Part shown: positions 39,600-50,152 of the stretch, in pieces
Layout: each line of letters opens with the position of its first letter
Numbering within the stretch: the first letter of the stretch is position 1
Assembly: GCA_040767195.1 (NCBI GenBank)
Contig: JAXGPA010000003.1
Coordinates: 160,001 to 224,000 of the forward strand
Direction: 5' to 3'
DNA from: Syntrophales bacterium
GTDB lineage: Bacteria; Desulfobacterota; Syntrophia; Syntrophales; UBA6807
DNA length: 64,000 nucleotides
Notes under the pieces: model-generated
What the model was told of the DNA's origin: nothing
Seen by the model: the letters and a program-made list of their open reading frames with translations, nothing else
Databases searched by the model: none
Position numbers and translations under genes: made by a program

Positions 39600-41285
39600 T
39601 CAGGGCCTCGTTAAGAGCCGATATTTAATCCGATGGGGCTGTTCCGCCTTCGCGCCCAGCCGGGCCCGGCGGTCAGCCTCGTATTCGCTGTAACTGCCCT
39701 CGAACCAGACCACCCGGCTTTCTCCTTCGAAACCCAGAATGTGGGTGGTAATCCGGTCGAGAAACCAACGGTCGTGGCTGATGACGAGAACGGACCCGGC
39801 AAAGGTCAGCAGGGCGTCTTCCAGGGCACGGAGGGTGTTGACGTCGAGATCGTTGGTCGGTTCGTCCAAAAGAAGAACGTTGGCCCCTTCCTTCAGCATG
39901 CGGGCTAGATGAACGCGGTTTCGCTCACCCCCCGAAAGCTCGGTTACCCTTTTTTGCTGGTCCGTTCCGGTGAACTGGAATCGGGCCAGGTAAGCCCTGG
40001 AGTTGACCTGCCTGCCGCCGAGGGAAAGAAACTCGTTTCCGCCGGAGATTTCCTCCCAGACCGTTTTTCCCGGATCCAGAACGTCCCGGCTCTGATCCAC
40101 CCAGGCCAGTCGCACCGTTTCGCCCTGTATGACGGTTCCGCTGTCGGGGATTTCAAGGCCGGTGATCATGCGGAACAGGGTGGTTTTCCCCGCGCCGTTG
40201 GGGCCCACGATCCCCACGATGGCTCCCGGGGGAACGGAAAAAGCCAGCCCGTCCATGAGAAGTCGGTCCCCGTATCCCTTGGTGACGCCGTCGGAGGCGA
40301 TGACGAGTTTTCCCAGACGGGGGCCCGGGGCGATAAAAATTTCCTGTTCCCGCTCCCTCTGTTCCTGTTCCTCGTTCAAGAGCTCTTCGTACGAAGCGAC
40401 CCGGGCCTTCGATTTCGCCTGCCTCCCCTTGGGGGACATGCGGATCCACTCCAACTCCCTTTCCAGGGTTTTCCGGCGCTGGGATTCCTTTTTTCCCTCC
40501 TCCGTCAGGCGCCTCTGCTTCTGTTCCAGCCAGGACGAATAATTGCCCTTCCAGGGAATCCCGTGACCCCTGTCCAGTTCCAGGATCCAGCCGGCCACGT
40601 TGTCGAGAAAGTACCGGTCGTGGGTGACGGCAATGATCGTCCCCGGGTAATTCCGGAGGTGATGCTCGAGCCAGGCCACCGTTTCGGCATCGAGATGATT
40701 GGTCGGCTCGTCGAGAAGAAGAATATCCGGTTTCTTCAGGAGAAGCCGGCAAAGGGCCACCCGCCGCCTTTCGCCTCCCGAAATGACCCGGACCGGCATG
40801 TCTCCCGGTGGGCATCGCAGGGCGTCCATGGCCATTTCCAGCCGGGCATCGAGATCCCAGGCGTCCTGGGCGTCCATTTTTTCCTGGAGGTCCCCCTGGA
40901 GGGCAATGAGACGTTCCATTTCATCGTCTGAAAGCGGTTCGGACAGTTTCTCCGAAACGGCGTTGTATGCGTCGACGGTGTCGACAATATCCCGCACCCC
41001 CTCCTCGACGACCTGGCGAACCGTTTTGTCATCGTCCAGACGGGGTTCCTGCTCGAGAAACCCGAGGGTGTATCCCGGGGAAAGAATGGTCTTTCCGATG
41101 AACTCCCTTTCCAGCCCGGCCATGATGCGAAGAAGGGTGCTTTTCCCGGACCCGTTGAGACCGATAACGCCGATTTTCGCTCCATAGAAATAGGAAAGGG
41201 AGATGTCTTTGAGCACCGTGCGGGTGCCGTACACCTTTCCCACGCCGAGCATGGAATAGATCACCTTGTTCGGTTCGTCCGCCAT
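39600..41285 (-). CDS. ettA: Energy-dependent translational throttle ABC-F protein EttA
   Basis: Two ABC cassettes, AMDALRCP, GRQAKSKAR linker, PHRIKY end. Confidence 0.95.
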   Translation of the reverse strand: MADEPNKVIYSMLGVGKVYGTRTVLKDISLSYFYGAKIGVIGLNGSGKSTLLRIMAGLEREFIGKTILSPGYTLGFLEQEPRLDDDKTVRQVVEEGVRDIVDTVDAYNAVSEKLSEPLSDDEMERLIALQGDLQEKMDAQDAWDLDARLEMAMDALRCPPGDMPVRVISGGERRRVALCRLLLKKPDILLLDEPTNHLDAETVAWLEHHLRNYPGTIIAVTHDRYFLDNVAGWILELDRGHGIPWKGNYSSWLEQKQRRLTEEGKKESQRRKTLERELEWIRMSPKGRQAKSKARVASYEELLNEEQEQREREQEIFIAPGPRLGKLVIASDGVTKGYGDRLLMDGLAFSVPPGAIVGIVGPNGAGKTTLFRMITGLEIPDSGTVIQGETVRLAWVDQSRDVLDPGKTVWEEISGGNEFLSLGGRQVNSRAYLARFQFTGTDQQKRVTELSGGERNRVHLARMLKEGANVLLLDEPTNDLDVNTLRALEDALLTFAGSVLVISHDRWFLDRITTHILGFEGESRVVWFEGSYSEYEADRRARLGAKAEQPHRIKYRLLTRP

Positions 41286-41569
41286 TTCAAGAAAACCTCC
41301 CGCCAGGACCCCACGAAACCGGTTCCGTGGAGACAGAAGGGGAAAATAGCAGTTTTTCAAAATCATTCAAGAAAAAAATCCTCTCATGGCCCGTGGAACA
41401 TTTCTTTATCCACTGGTAACCCCAAAACGGTAGGACCTTTCTGTCGTTTTCGTATTATCCCCGGAAAGGGGTCCTTTTCCCCTTTTTCCTTCTCACGGCC
41501 GTGTTGATTCCATTGACCAGTGAGGGGATCTTTTTTTCTGCGATTTCTAAACGGTTGAGAACCCTTGTT

Positions 41570-41832
41570 CCGAGCTGGACCAGAAATACAAGACGGCCGC
41601 CGCCGCTGGCCCGAAAAGAACCAGTGGACAATCGAAATGGACGCCTCCACCGACGACGGGCCTTTCGAAATCTTTATGGTACTGACCATAGTGAAAGATG
41701 AGGCGACTGGAAAATGGTGCCCGCTTTCGGAACCATGACCTTCACCGAACTGTCGACGGGGAAAACGACGACCCTCGTCTTCAGCAAAACGCGCAGAGCC
41801 AGTCGCCTTATGATTACATCGAGAGCCCGTAA
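41570..41832 (+). pseudogene. Possible frameshifted gene remnant
   Basis: Coding-like text spread across three frames, ending TAA 41832 just before a terminator. Confidence 0.3.
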
Positions 41833-41845
41833 CGAACCGTGAAAA

Positions 41846-41887
41846 CAGCCGGGGGCGGGCGGGAGCGGCCCCCGGCTGCCTTTTTTT
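41846..41887 (+). terminator. Intrinsic terminator (probably bidirectional)
   Basis: CAGCCGGGGGC...GCCCCCGGCTG followed by T7. Confidence 0.75.
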
Positions 41888-42588
41888 CAGCCCGGAAAAA
41901 GTTTCACCAGCACCTCTCCCGCGGGCCCGTAACAGGTGTCGTCGTAAAGGGACGACATCTCCGTTGGTTCCAGGTTTATCTCGACGAGCCTGGCACCGCT
42001 TTCCTTGGCGATGCCGGGGAATCCCGCCGCGGGCCAGACGACCGCCGAGGTCCCGACGGTGATGAAAAGATCGCACCGCCGGACAAGGCGGTCCGCCAGA
42101 TGGAGGACATAGGGGTCGAGCCTGTCCCGGAACCACGTCACATCGGGACGCAGCCAGGCGCCGCAGTCCGGGCAGCGGTCGGTTTCATAACGTTCCCCGG
42201 GGGCTTCCCGGACACCGTCTCGGGAGCACCGGACGCGCCAGAGACTTCCGTGGAGTTCCGTCACCTTCCTGCTTCCCGCCCGCTGATGCATGCCGTCGAT
42301 GTTCTGTGTTACCACCTGGACGTCGGGATGGTTTTTTTCGAGGGCGGCGATGACCCGGTGCCCCTCGTGGGGCTCGCAGGCCAGGATGGCCGCGCGCCGC
42401 ATTTCGTGAAACCGAAGCACCTTTTCCGGGTCGGCGTCAAAGGCCTCCTGGCAGGCATATTCCTCCCAGTTATACTGGTGCCAGACACCGCCTCTCCCGC
42501 GATAGGTCGGGATGCCGCTTTCCGCCGACATGCCCGCGCCGGTAAAAAAAACGATGTGCCGAAAGTCTTCCGGTCGAACAGGGTTCAT
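41887..42588 (-). CDS. cobB: NAD-dependent protein deacylase (sirtuin)
   Basis: TGAGMSAESGIPTYR, TQNIDGMH, ELHG, CxxD/CxxC, GTSAVVWPAA. Confidence 0.92.
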   Translation of the reverse strand: MNPVRPEDFRHIVFFTGAGMSAESGIPTYRGRGGVWHQYNWEEYACQEAFDADPEKVLRFHEMRRAAILACEPHEGHRVIAALEKNHPDVQVVTQNIDGMHQRAGSRKVTELHGSLWRVRCSRDGVREAPGERYETDRCPDCGAWLRPDVTWFRDRLDPYVLHLADRLVRRCDLFITVGTSAVVWPAAGFPGIAKESGARLVEINLEPTEMSSLYDDTCYGPAGEVLVKLFPG

Positions 42589-43019
42589 CCTTCCTCCTTT
42601 TTCGGGTCCTTCTTGAGAAGGGCCCCGTATTCCACGGCGCCCCCGGCCATGCCGTGCTCTTCCGCGACCCTGCCGCCGGGTCCGTACACCCGGCCGGCCT
42701 GGTGGTCGTAAATCACGCCCTTGAGGCGATCCGACAGGACCGCGGCGATGTGGTACATTCCCTCGCGAGAAGGGGTGTCTCCCCCCGAAGCCAGCAGAAT
42801 TTCATCGAGGGGCAGGAAGAAAAGATCGTCCAGGGTCAAGGAAACCCAGAAAGGGTCTTCCCGGGGGTTCTCCTCCAGGAAAAGAGACAGGAAGAAGGGA
42901 CCGGAAGAGCACCAAGCGCCCTGCCCGCTCCTTTCAAAACAGTTCTCCCTCAAGAGAAGTTCCATGTCTTCTTTTTCTTCCGCCGTAAGCTTCCGGGGAA
43001 ACAGAATGGAAAGATACAT
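42585..43019 (-). CDS. Hypothetical protein
   Basis: ATG 43019 with GGAG RBS; stop overlaps cobB start. Confidence 0.6.
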   Translation of the reverse strand: MYLSILFPRKLTAEEKEDMELLLRENCFERSGQGAWCSSGPFFLSLFLEENPREDPFWVSLTLDDLFFLPLDEILLASGGDTPSREGMYHIAAVLSDRLKGVIYDHQAGRVYGPGGRVAEEHGMAGGAVEYGALLKKDPKKEEG

Positions 43020-43030
43020 CGTTCCGCTCC

Positions 43031-44017
43031 TCAAGACCCCGGCGGCGCCGGGGGAAAGGACATGTTTTCCGGGGCATCCCGACGGGGAAGCTGGAGGGTC
43101 GCCTCGTGAAAAGACATCCGTTTCAGGGCCAGGGCGAAAAAAGCCGTCCCGAGAGCGTGGTTGAGAAGGCTTTTGACATCGTACCCCGGGTTTCCCGTAA
43201 AAAAACTCACCAGCGAATTGATGCGGAAAATGCTCTTCACCTCTTTTGCCCGCCGGGGCAGGCGAAGCCGGAGGGCGTGGCCCATGAGCGTCAGGGCGAA
43301 TTTCAGTTCCCCCGTCACCTGGAGGAGGACGTGGTGAAGGAACGCGGGATTTGCCTCTTCCCGGGCCAGCCGCTCGCAGACCTTCCATTGGATCAGGCGG
43401 CACCACCCCTCCCGGAACCAGCGGTCTCCCTGCCTGTGGCCGAAGAGGGTTCCATAGACATGGTGGGCGTACTCGTGGGCGAGATACGAGTGAAAGGGCG
43501 CCTCCTTCAGCTCTTCCATGAAGATGCAGGCCTCTCCCCCATCCACATGCCGGTAGTGACACCGATGTTCCAGGTTGAGCCGCAGCCTCCGGCGGTAAAT
43601 GAGGGGAAACAGAAGCAGAAAGACGAGGACGGCCCGGATGAACCAAACGGCGGGATCTGTCCCGGAATGATCCAGGGTCATGTAAAAGAAAAAAAGGCAA
43701 AGAGGGATAAAGACCCCATAGAGCCTCAAGGTCAGGAACCGGAGCCGGCGGAGATCGCGGAGAAGAACCAGGCGGGGCTTCCTTCCGGGAAGGAACGGTT
43801 CCCCGAGAAGATCCTCCATGACGGCCGACACCCGGTCGAGGCAGGCCGCCGCCTTTTCATCGGTCTCAACAGCCGGGCCGAAGCCCCCCGGGGAAGCGGA
43901 ACGTCGCATCCGGTCCGTGTCCAGAAGTACCTCGATGAGTTCGTAGAACCCGTCCACCGTGGTCAGGGCCTTCGGGAGAATGGCCTCGGGCCTGTCGGGG
44001 GATCTCTTTTTCGCCAT
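43031..44017 (-). CDS. Hypothetical membrane protein with HExxH zinc-metallopeptidase motif
   Basis: Two TM helices; LAHEYAHH followed by WFREG. Confidence 0.7.
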   Translation of the reverse strand: MAKKRSPDRPEAILPKALTTVDGFYELIEVLLDTDRMRRSASPGGFGPAVETDEKAAACLDRVSAVMEDLLGEPFLPGRKPRLVLLRDLRRLRFLTLRLYGVFIPLCLFFFYMTLDHSGTDPAVWFIRAVLVFLLLFPLIYRRRLRLNLEHRCHYRHVDGGEACIFMEELKEAPFHSYLAHEYAHHVYGTLFGHRQGDRWFREGWCRLIQWKVCERLAREEANPAFLHHVLLQVTGELKFALTLMGHALRLRLPRRAKEVKSIFRINSLVSFFTGNPGYDVKSLLNHALGTAFFALALKRMSFHEATLQLPRRDAPENMSFPPAPPGS

Positions 44018-44118
44018 GAGCGGCGGACCTCGCGGGGGTTTTTGTCACCGCACACCTTTTACATGATTTCCCGGTGAATTGTAAAGCCGCCGCGGATCGG
44101 AAGACAATGGCAGGCCGG

Positions 44119-45564
44119 TCACGGTACGGTGTAGATGCTCAGGCTGTCGGTCCCCCCCGAGGCACCGCCGTATTTTCCCTCCGTGATCAGGATACGGTCA
44201 CCCGGCACGGCCATACCCGATGCCAGAAGATCGGCCACCGTCCGCTCCCGCCAGCCTTCCGACCGGCCGTCTCGGCACAGGGGGTGAACGCCGTAGGAAA
44301 AGGCGAGGAACCGGCAGACGTCCTCACGGGCGCAAAGAGGAAGAACCCAGGCTTCGGGCTTGAAGCGTGAGATCCGCCGGGGGGTGTTTCCGCCTCGCGT
44401 CGGTGTCAGGATAAGGGAGGAGCGAAGGGCCAGGGCGGCCTCCGCCGCGTTGAGAGAAACCGTGTCATGCACGGACAGGTTCTCTTTCAGAAGCTCCCCC
44501 TTCAGAAGATCCAGGCTTCCCCGCCAGGCCGGCAGAGTCCCCCGGTTCGTCTCCACCGATCGGGCGATGCGGGCCATCATGGCCACCGACTCGAGGGGGA
44601 AACGGCCGACGGCCGTTTCTTCCGAGAGCATGAGGGCATCGGTGCCGTCGAGGATGGCGTTAGCCACGTCGGCCACTTCCGCACGGGTCGGTCTCGTGGC
44701 GCGAACCATGGCAAGCAGCATCTGCGTGGCCGTGATGACGGGCCGGCAGCGGAGATTGGCTTTCCGGATGAGCTTTTTCTGGAGAAGGGGAAGCTCGTCC
44801 AGGGGTACTTCCACGCCCAGGTCCCCCCGGGCCACCATGATGGCGTCCGCCCCGTCCAGGATGCCGTCGATTTCCTCCACCGCCTCCCGTCTCTCGATCT
44901 TGGCGACCACGAAGATGTTTCGGCCCTTTCTCCGGGCGTGATCCCGGATCTTTCGAACATCCGACGAATCCTTCACGAAAGAGAGTCCGAAAGTGTCCAC
45001 GCCCATGTCCAGGGCGGCGTCCATGAGAAAAAGATCCCGGTCCGTGACGGCTTCGAGGGCCAGGGCGCCTCCGGGGAGATTCACCCCCTTGCCCGAAAGG
45101 AGTTCGCCCCCCACGTTCACACGGCACGAAACGGCGTCGCCCAGGACCTCGAGGACCGCCAGCTCGATGTAGCCGTCGTTCATGAAAACAAGGCTTCCTG
45201 GACGCAGGCTTTCGGCCAGGGCGGGATAGGAGACGGGAATGAAAACGCCCGCCGCCCCGCTTTCCCGGGCCGACAGAACGACCCGGTCACCCTTTTCGAG
45301 AGAGAGGGACCCCCCGGGGAGCGTGCCCACGCGGATTTTCGGTCCCGGGAGATCGGCCAGAACGGTAACGGTTCTCCCCGTCGATTCCGCCGCTTCGCGG
45401 ATGCGCCGGACTGTTTCGCCGTGTTCCTCCAGGGTCCCGTGGGACAGGTTGATCCGGGCCACGGACATCCCCCGGAGGATCATTCCTTTCAGTATGGACG
45501 CGGACCGGGAGGCCGGACCGACGGTGCAGACGATCTTTGTCTTCTGTTCCGGCAAAGGGATCAT
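44119..45564 (-). CDS. pyk: Pyruvate kinase
   Basis: TKIVCTVGPAS, DLPGPKIR, AKIE, MVARGDLGVE, PTRAEVADV, LSEETA. Confidence 0.96.
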   Translation of the reverse strand: MIPLPEQKTKIVCTVGPASRSASILKGMILRGMSVARINLSHGTLEEHGETVRRIREAAESTGRTVTVLADLPGPKIRVGTLPGGSLSLEKGDRVVLSARESGAAGVFIPVSYPALAESLRPGSLVFMNDGYIELAVLEVLGDAVSCRVNVGGELLSGKGVNLPGGALALEAVTDRDLFLMDAALDMGVDTFGLSFVKDSSDVRKIRDHARRKGRNIFVVAKIERREAVEEIDGILDGADAIMVARGDLGVEVPLDELPLLQKKLIRKANLRCRPVITATQMLLAMVRATRPTRAEVADVANAILDGTDALMLSEETAVGRFPLESVAMMARIARSVETNRGTLPAWRGSLDLLKGELLKENLSVHDTVSLNAAEAALALRSSLILTPTRGGNTPRRISRFKPEAWVLPLCAREDVCRFLAFSYGVHPLCRDGRSEGWRERTVADLLASGMAVPGDRILITEGKYGGASGGTDSLSIYTVP

Positions 45565-45850
45565 GTTCGCCTCCTTACTTCCTGATACCATCGAAGGGCC
45601 GCCGGTGACAAGAATCCGTTGAAAAAAGCGGCCCGAACCGTTATAGTTCCCCTGTCCCGTCACGTTCATAAACCCGCCGCACCGCTCTTTAAAACCGTCT
45701 TCGATCCCTTTCCGGACCTTCCCGCCGCGATAAAAGGCTTTCAGGATCGTCCAGATCCTTCGGACAGCGGTGAACGGTCTTCGCTGTTTTCCGCATGATT
45801 TTCATCAGGGGGAAAAGGGGTGTCCCCCTGAAAACAATAAGGAGGGAACC

Positions 45851-47059
45851 ATGCTGCCACTGGAGGGAATGAAAGTTCTGGACCTGTCGAATTACGTGCC
45901 CGGTGCGCTTTGCACCATGATCCTCGCGGACATGGGGGCGGAAGTTGTCAAAGTCGAGCCGGCGAAACCCTTTCCCATGGAGGACATGGGCTACTCTTCC
46001 GGCGGGGAGGAAAAAAGAAGGAAAGCGGCCTTTTTCACCCTGAACCGGAACAAGAAGAGCATGGGCCTCAATCTTCGGGCGCCGGAAGGGCGGGAAATTT
46101 TCTACCGGCTGGCAAAAGACGCGGACGTGGTTATCGAGGGATACCGGCCCGGCGTCGTGAAGCGCCTGGGCGTCGATTACGACACCGTCCGGGCCTTGAA
46201 CCCGGGGATCATTTACTGTTCCTTGAGCGGTTACGGCCAGGACGGCCCCTACCGGCTCTACTCGGGCCATGACATCAACTACATTTCCATTGCCGGGGTC
46301 CTGGGGCTCATCGGCCCCGCCGAGGGCCCCCCGTCGGTCCCCCTCAACCTCATCGCCGATTTCGCCGGGGTCTCCCTTTACGGCGCCGTGGGCATTCTCC
46401 TGGCCACCATAGCCCGGCAGAAGACAGGAAAAGGCCAGTACATCGATCACACCTACATGGAGGGGGCCCTCCATCTTCTCACCTGGTTCACCCAGGATTA
46501 CCTCTACGACGGCACGGTGATGAAGCGGGGGGAATCCTGGGCCTCGGGCGTCTATCCTTACTATGCCGTCTACGAGACCAAGGACGGGAAATACCTGTCC
46601 GTGGGCTGCCTGGAACCCCATTTCTGGGAGAACTTGTGCCGGTTCATCGGCCGTGAAGACTTCATCGACCACGCCTGGAGCATGGACACGACCTTTCGGA
46701 AACCCGACGCCCGGCACGGGGAAATGTTCGCCCATCTCAAGGAGGTTTTCCGGACGAAGACCCGGGACGAGTGGTTCGATCTCCTGGCCCCCAAGGACAT
46801 CCCCGTGGGCAAGGTCTACGGCATGGACGAGGTCTTTTCCGACCCCCAGATCCTGGCCCGCCGGATGGTTCTCGACCTCGAGGACCCGAAACTCGGGAAA
46901 ATCCGCCAGGTGGGGATCCTTCCGAAACTTTCCGACACGCCGGGGTCCGTCCGGACGCTTCCCCCCCTCCACGGGGATCACACGGACGAGATTCTCCGGA
47001 ATGCCGGTTTCTCGAAGGAGGAGATCGACGGGTACCGAAAAGACGGCGTTGTCGGTTGA
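45851..47059 (+). CDS. Family III (CaiB/BaiF) CoA-transferase
   Basis: LADMGAEVVKVE, LNRNKKS, SLSGYGQDGPY, GHDINY. Confidence 0.93.
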   Translation: MLPLEGMKVLDLSNYVPGALCTMILADMGAEVVKVEPAKPFPMEDMGYSSGGEEKRRKAAFFTLNRNKKSMGLNLRAPEGREIFYRLAKDADVVIEGYRPGVVKRLGVDYDTVRALNPGIIYCSLSGYGQDGPYRLYSGHDINYISIAGVLGLIGPAEGPPSVPLNLIADFAGVSLYGAVGILLATIARQKTGKGQYIDHTYMEGALHLLTWFTQDYLYDGTVMKRGESWASGVYPYYAVYETKDGKYLSVGCLEPHFWENLCRFIGREDFIDHAWSMDTTFRKPDARHGEMFAHLKEVFRTKTRDEWFDLLAPKDIPVGKVYGMDEVFSDPQILARRMVLDLEDPKLGKIRQVGILPKLSDTPGSVRTLPPLHGDHTDEILRNAGFSKEEIDGYRKDGVVG

Positions 47060-47092
47060 GAGGACGCCGCGGCTGCCGATCCCGAAGGCGGC

Positions 47093-48823
47093 TCAACAGG
47101 GCCGATTGAGCCCGCAGCGGAGGACCTGGCCGGCCCGGCTGCCGTCCCGGTAGACGGTGATGCCCTTGCAGCGGAGTTCGTGGGCCAGGAGAAAAGCTTC
47201 CCGGACATCCTCCGGGGCAGCGGACGGTGGAAAGTTGACGGTCTTGGAAACGGCGTTGTCCGTGTACCTCTGAAAGGCCGCCTGCATCCGGATGTGAGTC
47301 TCCGGGGGAATTTCGAAAGCCGTCTCGAAGAGATCCCGAAGGGGACGGGGGATTCGGGTATCAGCGGGGATCCGCCCCGTCCGCCGGACCGACGCCGTCA
47401 ATTCCGGGGAGAGGAACCCTTCCTTCTTCATCCGCCCCAGGAACAGGGGGTCCGTTTCGGTGATTTCAATGTTTCCCGCTACGGTCCGCGACCACGACAG
47501 GGCGTAAAGAGGCTCGATCCCGGAAGAACACCCCGCGATGAGGGAGAGCGTCCCCGTCGGCGCGATGGTTGTCACCGTGGCATTGCGGACCGGTAGCGCC
47601 CCCTCCCGGTCCCGTGTGCTTCCCTTGAAGTTCGGAAAGGCCCCCCTTTCCCGGGCCAGCTGCCGGGAGGCTTCCCAGGCCTTGTCGCTCACGAAGGCCA
47701 TGACGGTTCCGGCGAGATCGACGGCGGCCTGCGACCGGTAGGGCAGGCCGAGCTCGATGAGAAGATGGGCGAATCCCATAACCCCCAAGCCGATTTTACG
47801 GTTTCCCCGGGTGACCGCCTCGATCTGAGGCAGGGGGAACCGGTTCACCTCGATCACGTCGTCGAGGAAACGAACGGCGACAAAAATCACGTCCTCCAGC
47901 TTCTCCCAGTCGACAGAGGTCCCGTTTTCCCGGCGACGGATCATCCGGGCCAGGTTGACGGACCCTAAATTGCAGGATTCGTAAGGCAAAAGAGGCTGTT
48001 CCCCGCAGGGGTTCGTCGATTCCAGGATGCCGAGACGGGGCGTCGGGTTGTGCCGGTTGATTTCGTCTAGAAAGAGAACCCCCGGTTCCCCGCCCTCCCA
48101 GGCGCAGTCCGCCGCGAGATCGAAAAGTTGCCGGGCCGGCCGGCTTCCCGTGGGCTGTCCCGTTCTGGGGTTGACAAGCGCAACGGGGCCGTCCCGGCGG
48201 ACCGCCTCCAAGAAGGCGTCGGTCATGGCCACGGACAGGTTGAAATTGGAGAAACGCCCGGGATCCCGCTTGGCGGTGATGAAGTTCTCGATGTCGGGAT
48301 GGTCCGCCCGAAGGACGGCCATATTCGCCCCCCGCCGCGTCCCGCCCTGGCGGACCACGTCGGTGGCCTCGTTGAAGATTTCCATGAACGAGACGGGACC
48401 ACTCGCTTCGCCTCCCGTGGTCGAAACCAGGTCGTTTCTCGGCCGGATCAGGCTGAAGGAAAACCCGGTCCCCCCGCCGCTCTGGTGGATGAGGGCCGTG
48501 TTTTTCAGGGCCTCGAAAATGGAGGCGAGAGAGTCCTCCACGGGAAGGACGAAACACGCGGAAAGCTGTCCCAGATCCCGTCCCGCGTTCATCAGGGTGG
48601 GCGAGTTGGGAAGAAACGCCCGTGACGCCATGACGGAGAAAAAACGGTCTTCCCAGGGGTTTCCCAAAGGATCCCGGCAAAAACGCTCTTCCGCCGACGC
48701 CACGTGCCGGGCCACACGCCGGAACATCTCTTCCGGTGTTTCCGCCACATGTCCCCGGCCGTCCTTTTTCAGGTACCTGGCCTCAAGGATTCTCAAGGCG
48801 TTTTCGCTGAGATCTTTTTCCAT
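47093..48823 (-). CDS. nrdJ: Class II (adenosylcobalamin-dependent) ribonucleotide reductase, short form
   Basis: PNSPTLMNAG, LSACFV, RRGANM, TNPCGEQPL, CNLGS, TIAPTGT, YRDGSR. Confidence 0.92.
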   Translation of the reverse strand: MEKDLSENALRILEARYLKKDGRGHVAETPEEMFRRVARHVASAEERFCRDPLGNPWEDRFFSVMASRAFLPNSPTLMNAGRDLGQLSACFVLPVEDSLASIFEALKNTALIHQSGGGTGFSFSLIRPRNDLVSTTGGEASGPVSFMEIFNEATDVVRQGGTRRGANMAVLRADHPDIENFITAKRDPGRFSNFNLSVAMTDAFLEAVRRDGPVALVNPRTGQPTGSRPARQLFDLAADCAWEGGEPGVLFLDEINRHNPTPRLGILESTNPCGEQPLLPYESCNLGSVNLARMIRRRENGTSVDWEKLEDVIFVAVRFLDDVIEVNRFPLPQIEAVTRGNRKIGLGVMGFAHLLIELGLPYRSQAAVDLAGTVMAFVSDKAWEASRQLARERGAFPNFKGSTRDREGALPVRNATVTTIAPTGTLSLIAGCSSGIEPLYALSWSRTVAGNIEITETDPLFLGRMKKEGFLSPELTASVRRTGRIPADTRIPRPLRDLFETAFEIPPETHIRMQAAFQRYTDNAVSKTVNFPPSAAPEDVREAFLLAHELRCKGITVYRDGSRAGQVLRCGLNRPC

Positions 48824-48923
48824 CCCCTTCCTTCCGGGATTTGCCGGAGACTGTCGGAATGCCGCTCTCCGCCCTTAAATACAAAAGCATGAAACGGGGA
48901 AATGCCTTTTTTGGAAAGCCCCT

Positions 48924-50111
48924 TTATCGAAAGCAGTTCCGGAAGATCGCTTCGACGTCCTCCTGGGTCAGCCTCACCGGCGTGAGGGTGTAGAGGCTCC
49001 CCATGGTTTCCATGGAATTCCTCGCGATCTCCCCCGCTTCTTCCTTTTTCAGCCCGAACCGTTCCGGCTTCAGCCCGTCCATGCCGATGTCCCGGATGAG
49101 CTTTTCCAGGGCCGCCATGAAGGCCGCGGGGCCTGCGTCGTCGTCCGCTCCCCCCGTGTCCACTCCCATAGCCCGGGCCATGGCCCCATAGCGGGCCGGG
49201 TCCCTCTCGGCCAGGTAGCTGAAATAGGCGATGGACGTCATGATGAGCCCGGCGCCGTGGGGGATCTCAGGGTGGCAGGCGCTCATGGCATGTTCCAGGG
49301 AATGGTGGGAAATGCAGGCCGACAGGGATTCGACGAAACCCGCTTCGGTACTCGCCCAGGCCAGGGCGGTCCGGGCCTCCAGGTCGCTCCCGTCCCGGAC
49401 CGCCACGGGCAGGAATCGGGTGATCTTTTCGATGGCGTCGAGAGCGAAGTGATCGCTTGCCGGCTGGCTTGCCCGGGCAAGGTATCCCTCCACGGCGTGG
49501 AAGAAAGCGTCCATGCCCTGATAGGCGGTGAAAGCCGGGGGAACGGAAAGCATGAGCTCCGGATCGACGATGGAAAGGGTGGGAAAGGTGCAGTCGGCCC
49601 CCCAACCGATTTTCTCGCGGGTTTCCGTCCTGGTGATGACCGTCCAGGGATCCGATTCCGTCCCCGTTCCCGCCGTGGTGGGAATAGCAACGATGGGCAG
49701 GGCCCCGCCCGAAGGCTTTTTCCCCTTTCCAGAACCGCCTACGATGTAATCCCAGTACTCTCCGGGGTTTCTGGCCATGACGGCAATGCTCTTGGCGCTG
49801 TCGATGCTGCTGCCGCCGCCAAGCCCGATGACGAAATCACAACCCTCTTCCCGGGCCCGGGCCGCCCCTTCTTCCACGTGCTCCGAGACAGGGTTGGGGA
49901 GAACCCTGTCGAACACCGCCGAGGAGACGCCGTTCTTCTCCAGGGCGTCGGCCAGGCGCTGCAGGTAACCGTTCGCCTTCATGGCCTTTCCCGCGCTGAT
50001 GACGATGAGAGCCTTTTTCCCGGGAAGAAAGGGCGTCTTCGCGAGGTCTCCGAGCCTGCCCGGACCGAAGAGGATCCTTGTGGGCATGAAGTACTGGAAT
50101 CGTTTTTTCAT
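48924..50111 (-). CDS. Iron-containing alcohol dehydrogenase
   Basis: GGGSSIDSAK, PTTAGTG, DAFFHAVE, HSLEH, HGAGL. Confidence 0.92.
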   Translation of the reverse strand: MKKRFQYFMPTRILFGPGRLGDLAKTPFLPGKKALIVISAGKAMKANGYLQRLADALEKNGVSSAVFDRVLPNPVSEHVEEGAARAREEGCDFVIGLGGGSSIDSAKSIAVMARNPGEYWDYIVGGSGKGKKPSGGALPIVAIPTTAGTGTESDPWTVITRTETREKIGWGADCTFPTLSIVDPELMLSVPPAFTAYQGMDAFFHAVEGYLARASQPASDHFALDAIEKITRFLPVAVRDGSDLEARTALAWASTEAGFVESLSACISHHSLEHAMSACHPEIPHGAGLIMTSIAYFSYLAERDPARYGAMARAMGVDTGGADDDAGPAAFMAALEKLIRDIGMDGLKPERFGLKKEEAGEIARNSMETMGSLYTLTPVRLTQEDVEAIFRNCFR

Positions 50112-50152
50112 GGGACCTCCTTTCACAGTAAGAGCGATTCCCTTTTACCGCT

